Of a DNA stretch of 64,000 nucleotides, positions 46,573-54,974 are shown piece after piece. Source of the stretch: Planctomycetota bacterium (GTDB lineage: Bacteria > Planctomycetota > J058 > J103); contig BPJM01000001.1 in assembly GCA_026004615.1 (NCBI GenBank), positions 763,482 through 827,481 of the forward strand. Direction: 5' to 3'. The translations under genes and the position numbers were made by a program. The notes below the pieces were generated by a model that did not search any database, had not been told where the DNA came from, and was given only the letters and a program-made list of their open reading frames with translations. Numbering within the stretch: the first letter of the stretch is position 1; each line of letters starts with the position of its first letter.

Positions 46573-47586
46573 TCAGCGCTCGAGCCGATAGCGCTCGCCC
46601 TCGGCGCTCACCTCGCCGCGCTCTTGCAGGTAGCGGAGCGAGCCCAGCACCGAGACCTGCGCGAGCGCGAGCAGGTGCGCGGGCACCTCGCCGGCATACA
46701 GCCGTTGCACGAGCTCTGCGGCGCTCAGGCCCTCGGGGGCGGCGGCGAGCGCGCGGCGGATCTGCTCCAGCCGCATGAGGCGGTGGCGGCGGATGGCCTC
46801 CAGGCGCGCGCGCGGTGCGGTGACGGGCGGGCCGTGGCCGCCGAAGATGGCCGACACGGGCTCGAGCGCCGCCAGCCGTTCGATGGTGTCCAGATAGTCG
46901 GCGAGCGAGCCGTCCGGCGGTCCGACCACGACCGTGCCCTCGCCGAGCACCGCATCCCCGGTGAACAGCCAGCCGCGCGCGGGCACGTGGTAGGCGAGGT
47001 GGTCGGGGGCGTGGCCGGGGCTCGGCACCGAGACCAGCTCCAGCCCCCCGAACACCAGCCGCTCGCCGCCCGCGAGCGGGCGAAAGCGGAGTTCCGGGTC
47101 CGCGCCGAGCGGGGGCGGCGCCGCCGGCGCGGCGTACACCGGCGAGCCGTGGCGCGCGGCGAGCGCGCGCGCGCCGCCGCCGTGATCGGGGTGGCGGTGC
47201 GTGAGCAGGATCGCGGCGAGCGGGCGGCCGGCGATCGCGCTCGAGATCGCCTCCACCGACAGCCGTGTGGCGTAGCCGCTGTCGATGAGCACCACGGCAG
47301 GGCGGGCCGGCGGCCGCTGCTGCCCGCCCGCGGGGCGGGTGCCCGCGCCTGCGCCCGCAGCCGCGGCCGGGCAGGCGCCTGCTCCCGCGCCCCGCCCGGC
47401 GCCGGCGCCTGGGCCTGCGGCCTGCTCCGCCGCCGGACCGCACTCGATCACATACGCGCGCACCGGCATGCCCTCGGCGGACAGCCACGGGCTGCGTTCC
47501 GAGGGCAGCACCACCGCCTCCAGGCCGGGGGCGAGCGCCTCGATCGCCGGCACCGGTTGGGGCTGTTTGTCGCTCGCCGGCGGCAT
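46573..47586 (-). CDS. MBL-fold metallo-hydrolase with a C-terminal winged-helix-like tail
   Basis: 337-aa ORF. It has LTHRHPDHGGG (HxHxDH), SPGHAPDH and FTGD. A Gly/Ala-rich insertion lies in the N-terminal part. Confidence 0.8.
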   Translation of the reverse strand: MPPASDKQPQPVPAIEALAPGLEAVVLPSERSPWLSAEGMPVRAYVIECGPAAEQAAGPGAGAGRGAGAGACPAAAAGAGAGTRPAGGQQRPPARPAVVLIDSGYATRLSVEAISSAIAGRPLAAILLTHRHPDHGGGARALAARHGSPVYAAPAAPPPLGADPELRFRPLAGGERLVFGGLELVSVPSPGHAPDHLAYHVPARGWLFTGDAVLGEGTVVVGPPDGSLADYLDTIERLAALEPVSAIFGGHGPPVTAPRARLEAIRRHRLMRLEQIRRALAAAPEGLSAAELVQRLYAGEVPAHLLALAQVSVLGSLRYLQERGEVSAEGERYRLER

Positions 47587-47601
47587 GGCGGCGCCTGGGC
47601 T

Positions 47602-49737
47602 TTAGCCGCCGCGGCGCGGGGGCAGCGCCGCGCTCAGCCCGCCGGCGGCAGGCAGATACGCCCCCAGGGTGTAGTCGCGCACCATCCGCTCGGCGTTGAA
47701 GCGCCAGCCCAGCGCCTGCATGGCGTGCTTGACGCGCGCGATCCAGCGCCGCGGCAGCCCCTGGGCGTCGCGCTCGTAGAACAGCGGCGCCACCTCCTCT
47801 TCGAGCACGCGGAAGGCGTCCTCGCGGTCGCGCGCATCCTGGAGCGCGGGGTCGCGGTGGGTGTGGCCGCGGCCGATCGCGAAGCCGGCGCGCCCGTCGT
47901 AGGCCTCGGCCCACCAGCCGTCGGGGATCGAGATGTTGAGCCCGCCGTTGAGCACCACCTTCTGGCCCGAGGTGCCGCACGCCTCCAGCGGCCGCCGCGG
48001 GTTGTTGAGCCAGGCGTCCACGCCCTGCACCAGCTGCCGCCCGACGTGCATGTTGTGGTTCTCGATGAAGACGATCCGGCGGCTGAAACGCGGATCGCGA
48101 CTGACGGCGTCGATGCGCTGCACGAACGCCTTGCCGCCCTCGTCGTGGGGATGCGCGCGGCCGGCGAAGATAAACTGCACCGGGCGCTCGGGATGGTTGA
48201 CCAGCCGGTCGAGCCGCTCCAGGTCATCCAGGAGCAGGGTGGCGCGCTTGTAGGTGGCGAACCGGCGCGCGAATCCGATCGTGAGCACCCCTTCGTCGAG
48301 CGGCACGGGTTCCAGGGGGCGGCCGAGCCGCGCGCGGAAGGCCTGGACGTGGCGGCGCACCCACGCGAGCAGGCGGGCCTTGAGCACCAGGTGCAGCTCC
48401 CACAGCTCGCCGTCCTCGATGGCGGCGATGCCCTGCCAGGCCTGCGGCTCGGCGCGGCCGCGGCGCCACTCGGGCCCGAGCCGCAGCTCCAGGAGCTCGT
48501 GCATCTCGGGCGCCATCCAGCTCTCCACGTGGACCCCGTTGGTGATGTGGCCGATCGGCACCTCCTCTTCCGGGCGCTCCGGCCAGAGCACGCGCCACAT
48601 GCGGCGGGTAACCTCGGCGTGCAGCGCCGAGACGGCGTTGCGGTGGCGGGCGAGCCGCAGCGCCAGCACCGTCGGCAGAAACGCGGCGCCGTGCTCCTCC
48701 GGCCGCACGCGGCCCAGCCCCAGCAGCTCCTCCAGGGGCATGCCCAGTCCGGCGGCGAGCGGTGCCAGGTGGGCGGCTGCCAGCTCGGCGGGAAAATGGT
48801 CGTGGCCGGCCGGCACCGGGGTATGGGTGGTGAACACCGCCCGGCGGCCGACCTCCGCCAGCGCCTCGCGGCCGTCCAGTCCTTCGCGCTCGCGCAGCTG
48901 GCGCGCCGCCTCCAGCAGCGCGAACGCGGTGTGGCCCTCGTTGAGGTGGATCACGCTCGGCTCGATGCCGGCGGCCTGGAGCATCCGCATCCCGCCGACG
49001 CCGAGCAGCAGCTCCTGCTGGATGCGCACCCGCATGTCGCCCCAGTACAGCCGCGCCGTCAGCTCGCGGGCCGGCTCGGGGTTGTCCGGGTCCTGCGCCG
49101 TCAGCAACAGCAGGCGCGAGCGGCCGACCATGGCCTGCCGCGCGCGCAGCACCACGGTGGACTCGGGCAGCTCCACCCGCACCCGCAGCGGTGTGCCGTC
49201 CGGGCTCGTCAGCTCGTGCAGCGGCAGCTCGTCCAGCGGCACCCTCTCGACCGGGTCCTGCTGCCAGCCCGAGGCGTCCAGCCGCTGGTGCACGTAGCCC
49301 TGGTGGTAGATGAGGCCAAGGCCGACGATCGGCACCCCGAGATCGGAGGCCGCCTTGAGGTGATCCCCGGCCAGGACCCCCAGGCCGCCGGAATAGATCG
49401 GCAGCGACTCGTGGATGCCGAACTCGAAGCAGAAGTACGCGACCGGCGCGGCATTGAGCGGCCCGCCGTGCAGCGCCCCCCAGGCGCCGTTGCTCTCCAG
49501 GTAGTGGTTGAGCTCGCGCACCGCGCGGTCGATGCGCGCCAGCATCTCCAGGTCGTGCACCCGCTCGGTGAGCACCTCGGGGTCGATGCGGCGGAGCAGC
49601 GCCACGGGGTTGCGGTGGCAGGCGCGGTAGAGCTTGGCGTCGAGATCGCGGAAGATGAACCGAACGTCGCGGTGCCAGGACCACCAGAGGTTATTCGCCA
49701 GCGCCCACAGTTTGGCGATCACGTCGTTGTCGGCCAT
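47602..49737 (-). CDS. glgP: alpha-glucan (glycogen/maltodextrin) phosphorylase, GT35
   Basis: ORF 47602..49767 trimmed to ATG 49737 (MADNDVIAKLW). It has YFCFEFGIHESLPIYSGGLGVLAGDHLKAASDLGVP and the PLP-Lys block EACGTSGQKVVLNGG. Confidence 0.9.
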   Translation of the reverse strand: MADNDVIAKLWALANNLWWSWHRDVRFIFRDLDAKLYRACHRNPVALLRRIDPEVLTERVHDLEMLARIDRAVRELNHYLESNGAWGALHGGPLNAAPVAYFCFEFGIHESLPIYSGGLGVLAGDHLKAASDLGVPIVGLGLIYHQGYVHQRLDASGWQQDPVERVPLDELPLHELTSPDGTPLRVRVELPESTVVLRARQAMVGRSRLLLLTAQDPDNPEPARELTARLYWGDMRVRIQQELLLGVGGMRMLQAAGIEPSVIHLNEGHTAFALLEAARQLREREGLDGREALAEVGRRAVFTTHTPVPAGHDHFPAELAAAHLAPLAAGLGMPLEELLGLGRVRPEEHGAAFLPTVLALRLARHRNAVSALHAEVTRRMWRVLWPERPEEEVPIGHITNGVHVESWMAPEMHELLELRLGPEWRRGRAEPQAWQGIAAIEDGELWELHLVLKARLLAWVRRHVQAFRARLGRPLEPVPLDEGVLTIGFARRFATYKRATLLLDDLERLDRLVNHPERPVQFIFAGRAHPHDEGGKAFVQRIDAVSRDPRFSRRIVFIENHNMHVGRQLVQGVDAWLNNPRRPLEACGTSGQKVVLNGGLNISIPDGWWAEAYDGRAGFAIGRGHTHRDPALQDARDREDAFRVLEEEVAPLFYERDAQGLPRRWIARVKHAMQALGWRFNAERMVRDYTLGAYLPAAGGLSAALPPRRGG

Positions 49738-49882
49738 GGTGTGCGCCTCAGCGGGCAGCGGCGGCACCGCGCACGAGCGGGTGGCCGCGCGCCGCTGCCA
49801 CCGATCCGTCGGTCGCGGCCAGCATAGCCGCGGGCCCCGTCAGCCCCAAACCCCCCCGCGCGCGCCGCGCGCCCCTGCTCGC

Positions 49883-52703
49883 TCAGTGCTCGCCGGCCGC
49901 CTCGAGCCGCTCCAGCCCCCGCTGCGCCTCGGCAAGCCCGGGCGCGAGCTCCAGCGCCCGGCGGTAGGCCTGCGCGGCGAACTGCCGCCACTGCGCGGCG
50001 CTCTGGAGCGCGCTCTGGACGGCGGGCTGCTCGTTCAGACGCGCGAGCAAGGCCACGTACCGCTCGCCCTGCTGGATCCCGGGGGCGAGCTGTTCGAGCC
50101 AGCGCTCGCGCAGGGCGGCGGCCTGTTCGGCGTACTGCCGGGCCCGCTGCTCGCGCTCGCCTCCGAGCTGCGCGTAGGCGCGTGCGGCGTCCTCCTTGCG
50201 GCCCTGCTGCAGCCGCACGCGCGCCAGCTTCTCCAGCACCCGCAGCTGGCCGCCCTCGAAGTCGCGCCAGTTGCCGCGCAGCGCCAGCTCGTACTGCTCG
50301 GCGGCCTGTTCCCACTGCTGGCGGCGCACCGCGATGTCGCCGAGGGTCTCGTGCGGCGGCGCGAAGTGCACGATCCCGCGGTCGGGCAGCGTGTAGCGCT
50401 CGACCGCGCGCCCGGCGATCTGTTCCGCCAGCTCGAGCATGCCGAAGTCCAGCGCCGCCTCGGCGGCGTCGCGCAGGAAGTAGGCGTTGTTGGGGTCGAT
50501 CTCGAGCGCTTTCTGGTAGGCGGCGATCGTGGCCTCGGGACTGGCGCCCGGCGGGCTGAGCAGCGCGAGCTGGTGCAGGGTGCGGGCGTAGTTGGCGTGG
50601 TTGTAGGCGTTGACCGGCACCAGCGCGAGCGAGCGCGCGTGCGCCTGGAGCGCCCGCTCCAGCAGCGCCCGCCGCTCCGCGGGTGCACTGGCGGTCATCC
50701 CCGCCTGCAGGTAGGCGGTGCCGAGCTGCACCCAGTATAGCTCCTTGGTCGGATCGAGCGCGACCGCGCGCTCGAGCGCCGGGATCGCCTCCCGGTACCG
50801 GCCGGCGTTGTTGAGCGTGCGGCCCTCGCGGCAGGCGGCGTTGGCGCGAAAGGGGATCACGACCGCGAACCAGATCGCCACCCCGAGCAGCGGCCAGACC
50901 AGGGCCTGGGCGGCGCGCGCCCGCCACAGCCGGTCCGGGCGCACCCAGGGGCGCGGCAGGTTGGGGGCGGTGGCGGTGTCGTCGTCGGCCGGCTGCGGCG
51001 GGGGGCCGGCCCCGGCGGGCGGCGGCGCGGTGAGGGCGCGATACGCCGCCAGCGCGAGCGCGAGCATGGCGGCGAGCAGGAGCAGCTTCGCCGGCCCGCC
51101 ACGCCCGGCGGGCGCGGCGAGCATGTACACCATGAAGCCGAGCCACGCCGCCAGCACCAGCACCGCCCCGAGCCCCAGCGGCGGCAGCAGTGCCACCGGC
51201 CCGGCGCCGCCGGTGGCGCCGGCGGGGCGCGGGCGGCCGCGGGCGGAGCCCCCGGCGCCGGGCGCTGCCGCCGGCGCTGGGGCTGCTGGCGCCGCCGCCT
51301 CCTCCTCGGGCTCCGGGGCCTCGTAGCCGGCGAGCGCGGCCAGGATCGCCGCATACGAGACCATGAGCGTGCCGCAGCCGGCGACGGTGAAGCTGAAGAA
51401 GTCCTGCGCGTAGAATCCCACCAGCCCGGCACCGATCGCGACGACCAGCGCCCGGGCGTCGGGGCTGGGGGCGCGGCGCAGCGCGCGGCGGAACGCCAGC
51501 CCCAGCGCGGCGGTGAGCAGCCCCAGCGCCAGGAGGCCGAGCGTGCCCTGGGTGGCCGCGATGTGCAGCAGTTCGTTGTGGGCCTTGGTCGGGGTGCCGT
51601 TCCACTCCACGTGCCAGTACTCGGGGGTGCGCCGCGGCATGAAGGCGAGCTGGAAGCAGTCGAGCCCCACCCCGGCGACGGGGGCATCGCGGTACATCTC
51701 GAGTGCGGCGCGCCAGATGTGCCAGCGCGACTCCTTGCCCGGCTCGGCGAACAGCCGCTCCACCCGTTCCTGCACCCCGCGCAGGATGTTGCGGCCCTCG
51801 GGGACCAAGGTCAGAAACGCCACCAGGGTGGCCACCAGGCCGATCGCCACCACCGCGCCCAGCACCCGAGTGCCCGTGCGCTCGCGCACCCCGCCACCAG
51901 CCGAGCAGCAGCGCGGCGAAGGTCAGGGCGAGCGCTCCCCAGGCACCGCGCGAGACGCTCGCCACGACGACCACCCAGCCGACCACCACCACCGCGCCGA
52001 GCCCGGCAGCCACTCCAGGCCGGCGGTGGCGCCAGGCGCGGACCGCCAGGTAGGCGAGCGCCGGGAATGCCATGACCAGGAAGGCGCTCAGGAAGTTGGG
52101 GTGGCCCATGGTGGCGAACACCCGCAAAAAGCCCCCGAAGTGCGCGGTGCGGCCCCAGTCGATGGGATCGATCCCGAGCAGCTGGATGACCGCGTAGGTG
52201 CTGGCCCCGGTGGCACCGAGCGCGCTCGCCCACAACAGCCCCCGCGCTTGGCGCACGTCGCGCACCAGCTCGCGGGTCGCGAAGAACAGCACCGCGTAGG
52301 CGAGCATGGTGAGCAGGCCGGCGAAGCTCTCGTGGGCACCGAACAGCGAGGTGGCGCGGTTGATGGTCCAGATGGTGGAGGCGAGCGAGGAGCCGAGGAA
52401 GGCGAGCACGCCCCAGGCGACCGGGTCGCGCGCGAGCGAGGTGACCAGCCGCCGCCAGCGGATGGGCTCGCCGGCGGGACGGGCGAGTGCGCGCCAGAGC
52501 AGGCTCGCACCGCCGAGTGCGAGCAGCGCGAGCGCCACCAGGCGCAACAGCATGACCTTGTTGTACTCGAAGACCTCGACCGTCAGTGCCGAGAACACCA
52601 GCGGCGACAGCGCCAGGTGCAGCACCAGCAGTGCGTAGCCCGCGCGGCGCGTCAGCGTGACGTGCCGGCGAATCGGTGCCTCGGTGGGCCTGGGCGGGGG
52701 CAT
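49883..52703 (-). pseudogene. O-antigen-ligase-like (Wzy_C) polytopic membrane protein fused to a C-terminal TPR domain; one frameshift as assembled
   Basis: The N-terminal membrane part is in ORF 49719..52703 (LVLHLALSPLVFS..., MGHPNFLSAFLVMAF...). After about 51892 the true frame is ORF 49883..51889. That frame reads RWHIWRAALEMYRDAPVAGVGLDCF...KAHNELLHIAATQG, a Wzy_C-like block. More TM helices follow, then TPRs (GRYREAIPALERAVALDP, YARTLHQL, AIAAYQKALEIDPNNAYF). Confidence 0.7.
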
Positions 52704-52963
52704 GGCGTCGCGACCCTGCTCGTGCTCTCGGAACCGTGCGCTACTGCGACGAAGCAGCCATGTATATCAGACCGGCACCTGGCCGGCCACCCGCTGGTGT
52801 CCTTGCCTGCAGGGCGCGCGCCTTTTGCCTGCCGGGTCGTCCCGGCGGCGAGCAGACGCGCCTGCCGCCGGCCTCCCCGCAGAGCGGTCGGCCCTTGCCG
52901 GCCCTCTCCCCTCCAAGGAGAGGGCCGGGGTAAGGGGGACGGGTGCGGGCGGTGCGGGGGTCT

Positions 52964-52996
52964 GCTGCGGCTGCGGCTGCGGCTGCGGCTGCGGCT
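52964..52996. repeat. hexanucleotide microsatellite (GCTGCG) x 5.5 inside the array C linker
   Basis: gctgcg is repeated head-to-tail from 52964 to 52996. The homologous linkers at 54190-54205 and 54700-54725 carry only 1-3 copies. Confidence 0.9.
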
Positions 52997-53040
52997 CTAG
53001 GCCCCCTCACCCTGACCCTCTCCCCCGCAAGCGGGGGAGA

Positions 53041-53456
53041 GGGAATCCGGAGAGGCGCGGGGAGGGGTGGATCAGAGGCGGAGGCGGCGGAAAGGGAATC
53101 CGGAGAGGCGCGGGGAGGGTGGATCAGAGGCGGAGGCGGGGGAGAGGGAATCCGGAGAGGCGCGGGGAGGGTGGATCAGAGGCGGAGGCGGCGGAAAGGG
53201 AATCCGGAGAGGCGCGGGGAGGGTGGATCAGAGGCGGAGGCGGCGGAAAGGGAATCCGGAGAGGCGCGGGGAGGGTGGATCAGAGGCGGTGGCGGCGGAA
53301 AGGGAATCCGGAGAGGCGCGGGGAGGGTGGATCAGAGGCGGTGGCGGCGGAAAGGGAATCCGGAGAGGCGCGGGGAGGGTGGATCAGAGGCGTGGCGGCG
53401 GAAAGGGAATCCGGAGAGGCGCGGGGAGGGTGGATCAGAGGCGGAGGCGGGGGAGA
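53041..53456. repeat. eight tandem copies of a 52-bp unit (gggaatccggagaggcgcggggagggtggatcagaggcggaggcggcggaaa)
   Basis: gggaatc starts at 53041, 53094, 53146, 53198, 53250, 53302, 53354 and 53405, a period of 51-53 bp. The period is not a multiple of 3. Confidence 0.9.
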
Positions 53457-53533
53457 GGGGATCAGCGGCGGAAGCGGGGGAGAGGGGATCCGGAGGGGCG
53501 ATCGCCCTCTTGCTCCCCTCTCCCCGGAGGGGA

Positions 53534-54052
53534 GAGGGCCGGGGTGAGGGGGCAATGCGAGGGGCGGCGCGTGGTGTTGCTCCGCGCCCCCTGGCGGCTC
53601 CCCGTGGTGTGTCCGCCGTCCTGGCCGACAGGGGGCAAGGGTATCCTCCTCTCTGTTCCCCGGGGGTGAGCGAGCCGTCGGGAGTGAGGGAGCGACGAGA
53701 GGACCATGCACGAGCGGGCGCGGGAGCTGAGAAAGGAGCAGACCGAGGCGGAGGCGGTGCTGTGGCGGCGGCTGCGCCGGCGACAGCTCGAGGGGTGGAA
53801 GTTTCGCCGGCAGCACCCGGTCGGACCCTACGTGGTCGACTTCGTCTGCCTGGCGCGCCACCTCGTGGTGGAAGTGGACGGTGGCCAGCACATAGAACGG
53901 GCGGAGTTCGACCGGCGCCGAAGTCGCTTCTTGCAGAGCCGCGGTCTTCGGGTTCTCCGCTTCTGGAACAACGAGGTGCTGGGCCAGCTGGAGGCTGTTC
54001 TGGAGACGATTCGGCAGGCGCTGCTGCAACCGGCCCCCTCACCCTAACCCTC
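53534..54052 (+). mobile_element. putative full-length unit of the palindrome family: 19-nt inverted arms bracketing the DUF559 gene (hypothesis)
   Basis: The left arm gagggccggggtgaggggg (53534-53552) and right arm ccccctcaccctaaccctc (54034-54052) are 16/19 complementary. They enclose 481 nt containing the DUF559 ORF. In 15 other copies the same arms enclose only 29-63 nt. Confidence 0.3.
53706..54047 (+). CDS. DUF559 endonuclease-domain protein (Vsr/PD-(D/E)xK-like)
   Basis: 113-aa ORF reading ARELRKEQTEAEAVLWRRLRRRQLEGWKFRRQHPVGPYVVDFVCLARHLVVEVDGGQH...RRRSRFLQSRGLRVLRFWNNEV, the typical DUF559 pattern. The last codons and the TAA (54045-54047) lie inside the repeat arm ccccctcacccTAAccctc. 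Confidence 0.85.
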   Translation: MHERARELRKEQTEAEAVLWRRLRRRQLEGWKFRRQHPVGPYVVDFVCLARHLVVEVDGGQHIERAEFDRRRSRFLQSRGLRVLRFWNNEVLGQLEAVLETIRQALLQPAPSP

Positions 54053-54845
54053 TCCCCCGCAAGCGGGGGAGGAGGGAATCCGGAGGGGCGCGGGGGAGAG
54101 GGAATCCGGAGGGCGGTCGCCCTCTTGCCCCCTCTCCCCTCCGGGGAGAGGGCCGGGGTGAGGGGGCAGGTGCGGGCGGTGCGCCGGTAGCCGCTGCGGC
54201 TCCTCCTCCGGCCCCCTCACCCTAACCCTCTCCCCCGCAAGCGGGGGAGAGGGGATCAGAGGCGCAAGCGGGGGAGAGGGAATCACAGGCGGAGGCGGGG
54301 GAGAGGGGATCAGCGGCGGAAGCGGGGAGAGGGAATCAGCGGCGGAGGCGGGGGAGAGCGGATCCGGAGGGGCGGTCGCCCTCTTGCCCCCTCTCCCCGG
54401 GGAGAGGGCCGGGGTGAGGGGGCGGTGCGGGCGGTGCGCGGAGCCGCTGCGGCTCCTCCTCCGGCCCCCTCACCCTAACCCTCTCCCCCGCAAGCGGGGG
54501 AGAGGGGATCAGAGGCGCAAGCGGGGGAGAGGGAATCCAGGCGAGAGGCGGGGGGCAGGGAATCAGCGGCGGAAGGCGGGGGAGAGGGAGATCAGCGGAC
54601 GGAGGCGCGGGGGAGAGGGGATCCGGAGGGGCGGTCGCCCTCTTGCTCCCTCTCCCCGGAGGGGAGAGGGCCGGGGTGAGGGGGCGGGTGCGGGCGGTGC
54701 GGCGGGACTGCTGCGGCTGCGGCTGCCGCTCTGTGCCCCCTCACCCTGACCCTCTCCCCCGCAAGCGGGGGAGAGGGGATCACAGGCGCAAGCGGGGGAG
54801 AGGGGATCAGAGGCGCAAGCGGGGGAGAGGGGATCGGATCGGAGC
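54034..54845. repeat. repeat array D: same palindrome family (centre AA), four units with 24-30-bp half-palindrome sub-repeats
   Basis: ccctctcccccgcaagcggggga(g)gaggg occurs at 54048 (variant), 54226, 54479 and 54750. Sub-repeats such as gatcagaggcgcaagcgggggagaggg fill the units. The units end in ccctctcccc..ggggagagggccggggtgaggggg at 54157, 54410 and 54674, followed by 45-51-nt linkers. Confidence 0.95.
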
Positions 54846-54863
54846 CGTCCCGCCGCGCGGCTC

Positions 54864-54974
54864 CTTCGCTTCCCCGCTCGCTCGTTAGGGCGTCACGCCC
54901 CGCAGATCACGCTCGTCTAGCAGCGGGTTGATCGCGCCCTTCGCTCCCCCGCTCGCTCGCTAGGGCGTCACGCC
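54864..54974. repeat. degenerate about 75-bp tandem duplication of the 3' end of the giant ORF (two 36-nt copies, 34/36 identical)
   Basis: cttcgcttccccgctcgctcgttagggcgtcacgcc (54864-54899) matches cttcgctcccccgctcgctcgctagggcgtcacgcc (54939-54974). On the reverse strand both read GVTP plus a stop (TAA and TAG). Confidence 0.8.

Larger units (their letters stand above)
52901..53552. repeat. repeat array C: same palindrome family (centre AA) with a microsatellite-bearing linker and a 52-bp x 8 tandem block
   Basis: The order is ccctctcccctccaaggagagggccggggtaaggggg, a 63-nt linker, ccccctcaccctgaccctctcccccgcaagcgggggagaggg (palindrome at 53016) and the 52-bp tandem units. It ends ccctctccccggaggggagagggccggggtgaggggg at 53552. 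Confidence 0.95.

Noticed and set aside
53016-53043. GNRA-tetraloop reading of the palindrome centres (cGCAAg / cGCGAg)
   Set aside because: In the register imposed by the 13-nt arms, the closing pairs leave CAAG/CGAG tetraloops or GCAAGC hexaloops. They do not leave a C-G-closed GNRA loop, so the idea does not survive explicit pairing.
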